A stretch of DNA of 64,000 nucleotides from assembly GCA_026770705.1 (NCBI GenBank), contig JANJGN010000546.1:248001-312000 (forward strand), read 5' to 3'. The notes beneath the pieces were generated by a model. The model saw nothing but the letters and a program-made list of their open reading frames with translations, did not search any database and was not told the origin of the DNA. Position 1 is the stretch's first letter, and each line of letters begins with the position of its first letter. Shown here piece after piece: positions 1 through 11,150 of the stretch. The stretch comes from Isurus oxyrinchus (Eukaryota). The position numbers and the translations under genes are program-made.

Positions 1-250
1 ATCCTGTTACAATCTCACTAACGCCCTGTGCAGCTGTTGCAAGACTTCCCTCCTTTTATACTCCATCCCTTTGCAATAAAGGCCAACATTCCACTTGCCT
101 TCCTCATTCCGTGGTGTTCCTGAATGCTGACTTTCTGTGATTCATGTACAAGGACACCCAGATCCCTCTGTACTGCATTCTGCATCCTGTCTCCATTTAA
201 ATAATATTCTGTTTTTCTATTCTTCCTGCCAAAATAATTTGTTGCCATTC
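1..250 (-). mobile_element. CR1-type LINE fragment
   Basis: Minus strand reads VQRDLGVLVHESQKVS...KASGMLAFIAKG. The same fragment precedes V2-V4. Confidence 0.8.
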
Positions 251-353
251 TCCTCAGTATTAACCATCCTCCAAATTCTGTCTCATCTGTAAATATCGGG
301 TTCAGTGGATCCACAAAACATCCAGAGATAAATATTGAGATTTCTCTCCACAG

Positions 354-719
354 TTGGACTGTCACAAGAGTGGAAAGGTGACACTCCACGAGAGGTGACA
401 GCGCAGGAAGATTCCTGTGTACAGATTCCATGTCATTACAGTTATCCATCGTGTCTGGAAAACCAACCACGAGTTGGAGTCTGGTTTAATAATGAGGAAC
501 GGAGAACATTGTCTATAGCCTTTCACTCCAAGGATCACAGTCACGAGTTACCACAGTTCCACCATCGGACCCGGCTGTCTGGAGACCTGAAAGATGGCGA
601 CTGTTCTCTGATTATGAACAACATCAGACGGGAAGATGCAGGACCTTATTTTTTCAGAATAGAATTTGACAATGCTCCGAGCTATAACTATTACCCTGTA
701 ACCCAGCTTCACGTTTCTG
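354..719 (+). CDS. Siglec-like gene A, V-set Ig exon (sialic-acid-binding domain)
   Basis: ccacag|TT acceptor and TCTG|gtaagt donor; 366 nt, phase 1-1. Encodes (V)GLSQEWKGDTPREVTAQEDSCVQIPCHYSYP...RLSGDLKDGDCSLIMNNIRREDAGPYFFRIEF. Has the Siglec hallmarks: CxxxPC pair, E-strand Cys (GDCSL) and the essential F-strand Arg (YFFR). Confidence 0.93.
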
Positions 720-1457
720 GTAAGTGCTGTGTTATAATTACTCAACATTTCACATTCAACACTCAATGGGAAATAACACAAACTATGACGTTTACATATT
801 AACACAAAACACAGCTTATTATAACACACTGTCTGATTCTCGATATCCTGGTGATAGCTTCCAGTTCAGTCCTAAAGCAACCTCTAATACTCACTTTAAT
901 ATCAATGATTAAATATATTGACTGTGTCCATCAATGTTATCAGGTTATCCACTCCCATCGATCTCTCTAATCCTAATCTCTAATGTCTCGAAGCCTGACA
1001 TATCGACAGAAGAAAGATTCACATTTCTATAGCACCTTTCACCACCTCAGAACGTACCAAATCACTTCACAGCCAATGAGCTGATTCCTGAATTGTAGTT
1101 ACTGTTGTAAAGTGAGAAACACAGCAGCCAATTTGCGCAGAGCAAGCTCCCACAAATTGCAAAGTAATAAATGGCCCAGATCGCTGAGTGAATGATGGGG
1201 TAGTGCACTCCAAACTCTGGTCTGCTCCTCCACCCTCACCCACTATTATCAGTTCAAGTGTCTCGGAGTGAACGTGTGTTAAGCTGAGAGACAGAAACAC
1301 CAAAGTGTCAAAGCAGGAAATGCTCTCCTGATCATTGTAACCTCTCAGTTCTGATATCATCCTTGTAAAAGTGCTTTCTCTTGTGGGACTGTGGTTTCTA
1401 TTTGAACTGATGCTTCACGTTATATTTCTCTAAAAGGATCCATTCTCTGTCTGTTAG

Positions 1458-1754
1458 ATTTCACAGATAAACCCATGATATTCCCTGCTGAAATTATTGC
1501 AGGAAAGCGTGTGGATGTAAGCTGCACCTTCAACACAACGTGCAATGGAACAGCAGCACCTGTCTTAACCTGGGACACTCCCACTGACGTACCTGGATCA
1601 GTCTCAAACACTGTAACTCAGCATGGTGTCACTCTGACCTATACTTCTGTTCTGACCCTGATCCCATCACTCAAACACCACGGACACACTCTCAGCTGCA
1701 GAGTGAGATATCCATCTGTTTCATCGGAGCGGACCCTCGTACTAACTGTGCAAG
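1458..1754 (+). CDS. Gene A, first C2-set Ig exon (Siglec domain 2)
   Basis: gttag|AT acceptor (an in-frame alternative at 1467) and CAAG|gtaaga donor; 297 nt, phase 1-1. DFTDKPMIFP...VSCTFNTTCNGTAAPVLTW...LSCRV, with the extra Cys typical of the Siglec V-C2 interdomain disulfide. Confidence 0.9.
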
Positions 1755-1874
1755 GTAAGAACGGACACCCTTCCATCTACATTAGCTAGAAAGCTCTACA
1801 TAGTACACTGCAAGATCCCACAACTGCATTGTGTTTAGCAACAAATCAATAGTCTTTAACTGATACAAATTCGC

Positions 1875-2370
1875 CTCTGACACTGCAGCAGTCCCTAAAT
1901 ACTGAATCTCCAACACTGCTGCACTCCCTCAGTTCTGAACCTTCGATAGTGCAGCACTCCCTCAGTACTGACTCTTCAACAGTGCAGTGCTCCCTCAGTA
2001 CTGGCCCTCCCACACTGCAGCACCCCCCGAGTTCTGACCCTCCAACAGTGCAGCACCCCCTCTGGACTGACCATCAGACAGTGCAGCTGTCCCTATGTAC
2101 TGAACCTCTGACAGTACAGCACTCCCTCAGTACTGACTCTCTGACAGTGCAGCACTCCCTCAGTACTTACCCACCAACAGTACAGCACTCCCTCAGTAAT
2201 GACCCTCTGACAGTGCCGCACTCCCTCAGCACTGAACCTCTGACGGTGCAGTGCTCCCTCAGTACTGACTCTCTGACAGTGCAGCACTCCCTCAGTACTG
2301 ACTCTCTGACAGTGCAACACTCCCTCAGTACTGACCCTCTGACAGTGCAGCACTCCCTCAGTACTGAACT
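1875..2370 (+). repeat. 33-nt minisatellite (acagtgcagcactccctcagtactgaccctctg)n
   Basis: Direct repeats visible in the sequence; the 11-aa periodic ORF is a by-product. The same family occurs at 10660-10870, 42570-42930 (-), 49690-49870, 53440-53840 and 62140-62350. Confidence 0.92.
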
Positions 2371-2498
2371 GAAGTCTCTGCCTGGATTACGGGCTTTGTG
2401 AAAAAGAACCTACATTGAGATCATACCTTTCGCATTCTAAGTGTCTTTCAAAGTGCTTCACAGTCAGTGTAACTTAATTGATGTTTATTTGTTTATAG

Positions 2499-2780
2499 AT
2501 GCACCACAGAATCTCTCAATTAATTTTCTTGATATGATTAATGCTTCATCGATCAATATAATTGAGGGGAATTCTGCAGTGATAATCTGCTCTGTCGAGA
2601 GCTTCCCAGCTTCTAACCTGACGTGGCGACATCTTAATGTCCCAATGAACAGAACAAGTTCCAACAATGAGCTGTGGTTGGTGATTCCTCACGTTACATC
2701 CAGGGACACTGGAGACTATCAGTGTGTGGCAGAGAATGAACATGGAGCAGTGGAGGGATTCATAAACATCACTGTGGAAC
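2499..2780 (+). CDS. Gene A, second C2/I-set Ig exon
   Basis: tttatag|AT and GAAC|gtgagt; 282 nt, phase 1-1. DAPQNLSI...IEGNSAVIICSVESFPASNLTW...DTGDYQCVAENEHG. Confidence 0.9.
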
Positions 2781-2814
2781 GTGAGTTACACAGAATTGAA
2801 CGTTCTCTTATTAT

Positions 2815-3850
2815 TAGCTCATGGGATGTGAGTATTGTTGACAAGGCCAGAAATTATTGCCCATCTGTAACTGCCCCTTGAGAAGGTGGTGGTGAGCTGC
2901 CTTCTTTAACCACTGCAGTCCATGTGGTGTAGGTACACCCACAGTGCTGTTAGGGAGGGAGTTCCAGGATTTTGACCCAGCGACGGTGAAGGAACGGCCG
3001 ATATAGTTCCAAGTCCCAGGGCAGACCACCACCTCAAGTTCGCCTCCAAGTCACACACCTCACTGACTTGGAACTGTCTTGGTGGAAGAGGTTAAGGGTT
3101 TGGAAGGTGCTGTCGAAGGATCCTTGGTGAGTTGCTGCAGCGCATCTTGTACATGGTGCACACTGCTGCCATTGTGTGCCAGTGGTGGAGGGTATGAATG
3201 TTTATGCTGGTGGCTGGGCTGTCGATCAAACAAGCTGCTCCTGGATGGTGTCGAGCTTCTTGAGTGTTGTTGGAGCTGCACTCATCCAGCCAAGTGGAGA
3301 TTATTCCATCACACTCCTGACTTGTGCCTTGTCCGATGGTGGACAGGCTTTGGGGGGTCAGGAGTTGAATTACTCACTGCAGAGTTCCCAGCCTCTTACC
3401 CGCTCTTGTAGCCACATTATTTCCTGTTGCTGGGTTGTTGCCAGGGCCAATAGCCTTTGCTGTATCCAGTATCATCAGCTGATTCCTGATGTCACGTGGA
3501 GTCAATCGAATTGTCTGAAAGCTGACATCTGTGATGCTGGGACCCTCTGGAGGAGGCCGAGATGGAGCATCCACTCAGCACTTCTGGCTGAACATGGTTG
3601 CCAATGCTTCAGCCTTGTCGTTTGCACTGATGTGCTGAGCTCCCCCATCATTAAGGATGGGCATATTTGTGGAACATCCTCCTCCTGTTAGATCTTTATT
3701 GTCCATCACCATTCATGACTGGATGTGGCAGGACTGCAGAGCTTAGATCTGACCCGTTGGTTGTGGGATCGCTTTGCTCTGTCTATAGCATGTTGTTTCC
3801 GCTGTTTGGTGTGTATGTAGTCCTGTGTGTCACCTCAGCAGCTTGGCACC
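2815..3850 (-). mobile_element. Fragmented CR1-like LINE (3' portion)
   Basis: Minus strand reads FTVAGSKSWNSLPNSTVG and IRLTPRDIRNQLMILDTAKAIGP. Related to the element at 44552-45630; duplicated at ~54250-55280. Confidence 0.75.
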
Positions 3851-4044
3851 TCTGTTATATGTGAATCCTCCTTATAGAAACCTGCATGTACATGGATATT
3901 ATCAATAAATATTACATAGATAAATGTTATTTGTATAGACCTTTCATGCATAGACAATATCACTTCACAAGTTCAGAATTACTACATGTACATAGGGAAC
4001 CATTCTCAAACTGTACCGGAGTCATTCATTGGCTGATTTTACAG

Positions 4045-4141
4045 GGCGAGATTCCAATGAATGGAAAGCAGGATTGCTTGGAGCTGGAATCTGTTTGAGT
4101 GTTGGACTGAGTGGATTCTTCATCTCCAAGTGTGTGAGAAA
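4045..4141 (+). CDS. Gene A, transmembrane exon
   Basis: ttttacag|GG and AGAAA|gtaagt; 97 nt, phase 1-2. RRDSNEWKAGLLGAGICLSVGLSGFFISKCVRK. Same length and phase as the gene B TM exon. Confidence 0.85.
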
Positions 4142-4444
4142 GTAAGTGTGAAGGTTTAATTGGTTGTTTTTGAAAATGTTTTCTTCAAACTTCTCTCCTT
4201 ATAGAAAGAATTTGCATTTCTATAGCACCTTTTACAATCCAAAACCCTTCGCAGTCCCTGAAGAGTTTTGATGTTCACCTAGTGTTTAACATCTCATCCA
4301 ACATTCACTGTTTCACAACTCAGTCCTGTAACTGGCAGTGTTGACCCGGACCATAAAATAGCTTCTGACCTCCTGAGTTTGTGAATGCTGCTATACAAAT
4401 AAAAACCTTTCTTTTGTTAGTGAATGCAATCTCTTTCCATTTTC

Positions 4445-4665
4445 CATGATTCATTCACTCTCTCTTATCGCCACTAATGCACGCCTTCTCATTCTCTCTC
4501 TCATTCACTCTCTCTCTTATCTCCACTAATGCTCTCCTTCTCATTATCTCTCTCATTCCCTCTCTCTCCAATCTCCACTAATGCTCTCCTTCTAATTCTC
4601 TCTCTCATTCACTCTCTCTCCTATCTCCACTAATGCTCTCCTTCTCATTCTCTCTCTCGTCCTCT
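4445..4665 (+). repeat. Pyrimidine-rich minisatellite (ctccactaatgctctccttctcattctctctctcattcactctctct)
   Basis: About 4 degenerate direct repeats; fewer copies in the duplicate at ~55875-56040. Confidence 0.8.
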
Positions 4666-4949
4666 TACACGTTGTTCAGTATCTCACATTTTTAAGGAGT
4701 GCTGAGCATCATCTGCTCCTTCAGAAGATCCACCTCAACACCTGGAGTGAGCAGTGAATTGAAACTCGCTCAACGACTGCTCAGCTTTACACAGGAATCA
4801 CGTCACAGAGTCAGGACACAAAGGGTTAACTGTTTGCTTACAACACAACACTAAGGCCCTACATTTCAATGAAAGTGTTTTCACAATTGTTCCCCAATTC
4901 CTGATTTGACTCACAGTGACACATCAACCCTTTCTCATTAAATACACAG

Positions 4950-5034
4950 AGGGATCAGCACAGGAAGAGGTCATTCAGCCGAAGCAGAGCGTGTGGGCAG
5001 TTCCTCCCCAGGCGAACAGTCGGACAGGTCCTGG
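4950..5034 (+). CDS. Gene A, cytoplasmic tail 1, exon 1
   Basis: tacacag|A and TGG|gtaagt; 85 nt, phase 2-0. GISTGRGHSAEAERVGSSSPGEQSDRSW, in frame with the TM exon and the next exon. Confidence 0.75.
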
Positions 5035-5545
5035 GTAAGTAACAGAACGATTGGAATTCACTTCCACCACCAACACCGTCCTTTGTTGATGTTGTGACTT
5101 TATAAAGACAGATTCCAATGATTGATGCCTTTGAAAGATTTCTACTGATTATTGAGATCTGGGTGTGAGGCTCAAGTCTGTTGTACAGAACATCTTTCTG
5201 GTTAAATTGTGCAGACAGGTTACACACAGTCTACGATTATATTCCCTCGGGTCTAGAAGATTAAGGAGGGATCTAACTGAGGGGTTCAAACTGATTAAAC
5301 ACTCGATAGGGTCGATAGAGAGAAGCTATTCCCTCGGGTGGGGGTGGGTGGTGGAGGTCGGGTGGAGTCCAGAACAAGGGGGCTGGAACTTCAGATTGGA
5401 GCCAGGCCATTCAGGGGTGATGTCAGGAAGCACTTCTTCACACAAAGGGGAGTGGAAATCTGGAACTCTCTCCCCAATAATCAAACCCAACACCGAATAC
5501 ACATCATGTTGATTGTCACTCTGTCCATTTCCATCTCTATTACAG

Positions 5546-5650
5546 AAGAGAGGCAAGGGGAAAGCAGGAATCAAATCGAACCATCGTGTTGATGAACATC
5601 GAAGTCCTGTTTATGAAAACTGTGAGCGTGGTTGGGCTTTGAGGAATCAG
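5546..5650 (+). CDS. Gene A, cytoplasmic tail 1, exon 2 (VYENC motif)
   Basis: ctattacag|AAG and CAG|gtgagt; 105 nt, phase 0-0. KRGKGKAGIKSNHRVDEHRSPVYENCERGWALRNQ. Confidence 0.8.
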
Positions 5651-5782
5651 GTGAGTCACACACCACAGGATCCCCAGCCTCTCAGCTGCTCCAGTAGCCT
5701 GGTTATTGATATGGCTGCTCCAGTCCTGTATCTGCAATGTTTTATACAGTCACTCCCAAACCCAACCAAACTCACACCCAAC

Positions 5783-6620
5783 ACCGTTCAGAATCAATAA
5801 TCAAACCCCGTTCAGAATCAATAATCAAACCCCATTCAGTATCAATAATCAAACCCCATTCAGTATCAATAATCAAACCCCGTTCAGTATCAATAATCAA
5901 ACCCCGTTCAGAATCAATAATCAAACCCCGTTCAGAATCAATAATCAAACCCCGTTCAGAATCAATAATCAAACCCCATTCAGAATCAATAATCAAAACC
6001 CATTCAATATCAATAATCAAACCCCATTCAGTATCAATAATCAAACCCCGTTCAGAATCAGTATTCACACCCCATTCAGTATCAATAATCAAACCCCATT
6101 CAGAATCAATAATCAAACCCCATTCAGAATCAATAATCAAACCCTGTTCAGAATCAATAATCAAACCCCATTCAGTATCAATAATCAAACCCCGTTCAGA
6201 ATCAATAATCAAACCCCTTTCAGTATCAATAATCAAACCCTGTTCAGAATCAATAATTAAACCCCGTTCAGTATCAATAATCAAACCCCCTTCAGAATCA
6301 ATAATCAAACCCCGATCAGAATCAATCATCAAACCCCGATCAGAATCAATCATCAAATCCCGTTCAGAATCAATAATCAAACCCTGTTCAGAATCAATAA
6401 TCAAACCCTGTTCAGAATCAATAATCAAACACCGTTCAGAATCAATAATCACACCCCGTTCATTATCAATAAACAAACCCGGTTCAGTATCAATAATCAA
6501 ACCCCATTCAGAATCAATAATCAAACCGCGTTCAGAATCAATAATCAAACCGCGTTCAGAATCAATAATCAAACCCCGTTCAGAATCAATAATCAAACCC
6601 TGTTCAGTATCAATAATTAA
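5783..6620 (+). repeat. 24-nt minisatellite (aatcaataatcaaaccccgttcag)n, ~35 copies, intronic
   Basis: Direct repeats with an 8-aa periodic ORF. Duplicate at 57155-58015. Confidence 0.95.
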
Positions 6621-6715
6621 TGTATCTATTGTGGGTGGAATTTTCGATTTGGATCAATAATACTAAACACTGATCACTCTGATTGTCACTCTGATCATTT
6701 CTGTTTCTATTACAG

Positions 6716-6832
6716 AAGAAAGATGAGAAGGATCTGGAAATGAAATCTAACCGCGGAGTCAATCCTGATACAGATGATGATCTTTACGCAAACTGTGAAT
6801 TTGCCAAGGATTCTGTTTATGGGAATTTATAA
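6716..6832 (+). CDS. Gene A, cytoplasmic tail 1, terminal coding exon (LYANC, SVYGNL*)
   Basis: ctattacag|AAG; KKDEKDLEMKSNRGVNPDTDDDLYANCEFAKDSVYGNL followed by TAA. AATAAA candidates lie downstream (7606, ~7774). Confidence 0.8.
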   Translation, partial: KKDEKDLEMKSNRGVNPDTDDDLYANCEFAKDSVYGNL

Positions 6833-7889
6833 ACTGAGTAAGAATGAGACACACACAGTGTGGGGAGAATACAGAATGGGAGAATCATTCAAAACTCCAA
6901 TTTACCTTCCTAATATCCACAGGAACTCACTCCCAGGAAATAGATTTAAACCTCTTGTTACAATCTGATGGAATTTCTTCGGAATGATCTATCCAGGATG
7001 GTTGTCTGTGGGTTTCAATTCGAACATCCTCCTTCAGAATTGTCCCTCACTGTTGGAAACATCCTTCTCTCCATTCTGATTGTAAATGTCTTTAGATATC
7101 GTTCGATGATGTACCAGGACAGAACGGACAAATTCAATCCCGTGTCCGTGATTATGAGTTAATTTTCATTCTGTTATTCACCTTCCTGTCTGTCAGTGTT
7201 TACAGAATATTCATCAGCCAGTGTAGACTTCAGGAAATGCAGGATCGGTGGATAATTGGAGCAGAGGAGATTGGCAAAATTTACTCAGCATTTTGTAATC
7301 AAATGTATTTTCAGATATATATTTGGATTTTACACTTCATCGTTAAACCGCAAAACTAACAGCAATCCCAGAAACATGGAAACAATTTGTTTGGAGATTT
7401 GAGAAATTCTCTGCAGCTCAGAGGATAACAGATGTGATACAGTGCCACCACTGGTGGGAGGACATCATTTCAGCATGACATGTTTACATTGATGTTGCCA
7501 ATGAACATTGGAAATTATGATGTGAAAAATTGGTTGCAGGTTTACCTTCTTCAATATGTCATAGATGGATGAGACAGCTTTGATAACAGAATGAAATAGA
7601 GCTGCAATAAACCACCATTTTAGTCTTTCACACTTGGAGAGTACAATGAGCATCCATTCTGAAGGCTGAGTGGATGGGTGGACTGTGCGATGTGTTACAG
7701 ATTACAGAGACCAACATACTCGATCCTGGTTCCGCTCTGTGTTTGATGACATTCTTGGATAAAAGATTGGGAAAATAAATAATCCTCCGGCCTTAACCTG
7801 TAACTGGTCTCTCCATCTGTCAATGTCCTGAGGACAGAATTGGGTTTGAGGTCCCAAATCAGACGCATACTTTGACTGCCCATTGAATA

Positions 7890-8885
7890 GGAACAGGAGG
7901 AGGCCATTCAGCCCCCTCGAACCTGCTACACAGGAACAAGAGAGCACCTGAAATAAAAACAGAAAATGCTGGAGAAACTGAGTAGGTCTGGCAGCATCTG
8001 TGGAGAGATAAACGGAATTAACATTTCGAGTCCGTATGACCCTTCTTCAGAGTCTATAAGCAAAAATTCTGTTTCTCTCTCCACAGCTGCTGCCAGACCT
8101 GCTGAGGTAATGCAGCATTTTCTGTTTTTATTGAAGATTTATAACATCTGCAGTATTTATTTTTAATGAGAGGAGGACATTCAGCCCCTCGACCCTGTTA
8201 CACAGGAACAGGAGGAGGCCATTCAGTCCCCTCGAGCCTGTTACACAGGAACAGGAGGAGGCCATTCAGCCCCATGAGCCTGTTATACAGGAAAAGGAGG
8301 AGGCCATTCAGCCCCTCAAGCCTGTTACACAGGAACAGGAGGAAGCCGATTCAGCCCCTCGAGCCTGTTACACAGGAACAGGAGGAGGCCCATTCAGCCC
8401 CTCGAGCCTGTTACACAGGAACAGGAGGAGGCCCATTCAGCCCCTCGAGCCTGTTACACAGGAACAGGAGGAGGCCCATTCAGACCTTCGAGCCTCTTAC
8501 ACCAGAACGTAAGGACGTCATTTCAGCCCCATGAGCTTGATGAACAGGAACAGGAGGAGGTCCATTAAGCCCCTCAAGTCAGTTACATAGGAACAGGAGA
8601 AGTCTCATTCAGCCACACGAGCATCTTATATAAGAACATGAGGGGGCCCAAACAGCCCCTCAAGCCTATTACACAAGAAGCAGAGGAGGAGGTTCATTCA
8701 GTCCCTCGAGGCAATTATAAAGGAACAGGAGGAGGCCCATTCAGTCACACAAGCCTCTTACACAAGAACAGGAGGAGGTCCATTCAGCCCCTCAAGCCTG
8801 TTACACAGGAACAGGAGGAGGCCCATTCAGCCACACAAGCCTGTTACACAGGAACAGGAGGAGGCCCGTTCAACCCCCTCGAGCT
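7890..8885 (+). repeat. ~42-43-nt minisatellite (acaggaacaggaggaggcccattcagcccctcgagcctgttac)n, interrupted by a Penelope-end palindrome at ~7950-8135
   Basis: Direct repeats. The unit resembles the antisense CR1 3' end seen at 21420-21455. Duplicate at 59285-60290. Confidence 0.85.
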
Positions 8886-9050
8886 TGTTGCATGTGAACA
8901 GTCGATGGCCCTTCAGCTACATTCTTGGCACGCAAAGGGTTAACAGGTTTCTAACTGTGCGAGGCAAAGAGTTGCTTTCTAACTTGGTACTAACCACTTC
9001 CTCATTTTGTCTCACAGTGACACATCAACCCTTTCTCATTAAATACACAG

Positions 9051-10174
9051 AGGGAGCAGCACAGGAAGAGGTCATTCAGCCCAAGCAGAGCGTGTGGGCA
9101 GTTCCACCCCAGGCGAGCAGTCGGACAGGTCCTGGGTAAGTAACGGAACGATTGGAATTCACTTCCACCACCAACACCGTCCTTTGTTGATGTTGTGACT
9201 TTATAAAGACAGATTCCAATGATTGATGCCTTTGAAAGATTTCTACTGGTTATTGAGATCTGGGTGTGAGGCTCAAGTCTGTTGTACAGAACATCTTTCT
9301 AGCTCAAGGGATGAGGGAAGAGCAGGGACATGAGCTTTGGGGTGTCCTGAGCAGGTGAAAGGCGATATAGAAATGCAAGTCCTTCATTGTTTTACTTTCT
9401 TAAAGCCTTGTAACTCTCTGCAGAGCACATATCATCCCACAGAGAATGAAATTAGTCTGTGAAGACATTGTCTAAAAGCAGTTCTGATCTCTCGAGAGGT
9501 GTCGGACAAGAGGTGAGGTCTCATTAACTCATTTCTCTTTCACAGCTTGAGAACCAATGAAATACCTGGGAGTGGACAATGATCAGGAAATCTTACTTCC
9601 TCCTGTCACTTCTCCAAGGTAATATCATCGTCAGCTCGGATAGATTTATGGCTAATCATCTTTGTAAAACATAATTCTTATTGAGCTGTGATTGGGAACA
9701 GATTCAGCAGTGAGCCAGTGTACAAACTCACACCAAGTCCCATTCACCCATCACCCCTGTGCTCACTGATATACACTGACTCCCTGTCTGACAGCAGAAT
9801 TGGAGGAGAGCAGAGGCCTTGGAGGTTTGCATGGTTGGAGGAGAAAGTGATTGGAGAAGAGGAATGGAGGGAATGGAAATTGAGGATGAGAGTCTTAAAC
9901 TCGAGGCTCTGCTGGTCTGGGAGCCAGTGCAGGTCAGCGAGTGGCAGAGGGTGTGAGGTGTTGAGTCGAGAAACAGTGATAAATACTGGGGGATGAAGTC
10001 TATCCTGATGCTTGGACTCCGATAGCAAAGGAATGAAATTTGTGTCTTTTGCTGATTTTAATCAGAATTTCCCATGAAGACAACACAGCAGCTCCTAGAA
10101 TAGACAGGCTGTTCAGTGTCACACTTCCTGTCCATTCTCACCATGCTAGATACTTCAATAAGGGAGCAAGATAA
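9051..10174 (+). CDS. Gene A, alternative tail cassette 2 (exons 9051-9135, 9546-9618, 10066-10174); truncated or pseudo
   Basis: A second copy of the 85-nt exon with intact ag/gt. The next exon is 73 nt (7 nt shorter than its paralog at 11646) and reads LENQ-stop in phase 0. The last exon keeps the open frame ISHEDNTAAPRIDRLFSVTLPVHSHHARYFNKGAR*. Confidence 0.5.
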
Positions 10175-10403
10175 CTGAAAGAGAGAAGGAAGGTAAAGCT
10201 GTCCGTGTGTAAAGGTGTCAATATACAGTTTGTATATTTGTCTTTCTCTCGACACATGCAGAGCTCAGGCTAGAGGCACTTTGTTAGTGTGTTTCACAGT
10301 GTCTGCTGGAGTAGGGTCAGTGCTGAGCTTGGGGACAAGTCAGTCTACAATGCTGCATCGGAATCAACAATACAACAATATGGGGTTTGGATCAGAAATA
10401 ATC

Positions 10404-10500
10404 CCTTAGACAATGAGGATCCAAAGAGATTCCTTAAACAATGAGGATTCAAAGAGATTCCTTAGACAATGAGGATCCAAAGAGATTCCTTAGACAATGA
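10404..10500 (+). repeat. 28-nt VNTR (ccttagacaatgaggatccaaagagatt)
   Basis: 3.5 copies here and 6.5 copies at 61801-61981. Confidence 0.9.
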
Positions 10501-11150
10501 ACATACAAAGTGCACCAATCAGATTGAATCAGATTAGCCAATCAGCTGTGTTGAAGAGCAGACAGGAATGTTAGGCTAATTAGTGATTCATGACGGAGAT
10601 AATGGGGGCAGTTCTGAGGGCTCCTAATCCATTGTCCTGTCTTGTAAATCAGCACCTTAATACTGACCCTCCAACAGTGCAGCACTCCCTCAGTACTGAT
10701 CCTCCAACATTGCAGCACTCCCTGATTAATGTCCCTCTGACAGTGCAGCACTCCATCAGTACTGACCCTCAAACAGTGGAGATCTCCCTCAGTACTGACC
10801 TTACAATAGTGCAACACGCGCTCAGTAATGACCATCCGACAGTGCAGCACTTGCTCAGTACCGACACTGGGGAGTTTCAGTCTACTCTGTGGGGCAGACG
10901 TCCCCTGAATGGGGTCTTGAACCCCACAACGTTCTGACCCCCTGAATTTGGCTGTGAAACCCACTGACCCACAGGAGAAATTCCTGGTCAATGACTGTCC
11001 ACCTGTGAGCAAAAATATCACCACAGGGTCAGGACACAAAGGGTTAACAGTTCACCAACATCTCAAAACATGTGCTGCTCTGTCACTTTGATCCAACTTC
11101 CTCATTTTGTCTCAAAGTTACACATCCACCCTTTCTCATTAAACACACAG

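Noticed and set aside
18-470. Minus-strand ORFs overlapping V and C2 exons (also 21953, 25512, 29071, 2485, 35409)
   Set aside because: They are antisense shadows of Ig exons, the V-overlapping ones fused to CR1 remnants; no independent coding signal.
4725-4854. Possible extra cytoplasmic exon after ctccttcag
   Set aside because: No good donor, the C duplicate has a 2-nt indel in it, and the TM exon already joins 4950 in frame.
4912-4950. CACAGTG heptamers upstream of tail exons (also ~9013, 42262, 62594)
   Set aside because: No credible ACAAAAACC nonamer at 12- or 23-nt spacing.
5783-6620. CRISPR-like appearance of the short repeats (also the 33-, 37-, 43- and 28-mers)
   Set aside because: Head-to-tail repeats without unique spacers, no cas genes, and a vertebrate context.
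5706-6660. Long ORFs of 184-312 aa (SESIIKPR / INNQTPFR repeats), also 57078-58016
   Set aside because: They are translations of an intronic 24-nt minisatellite that is open in several frames on both strands, with no splice or domain support.
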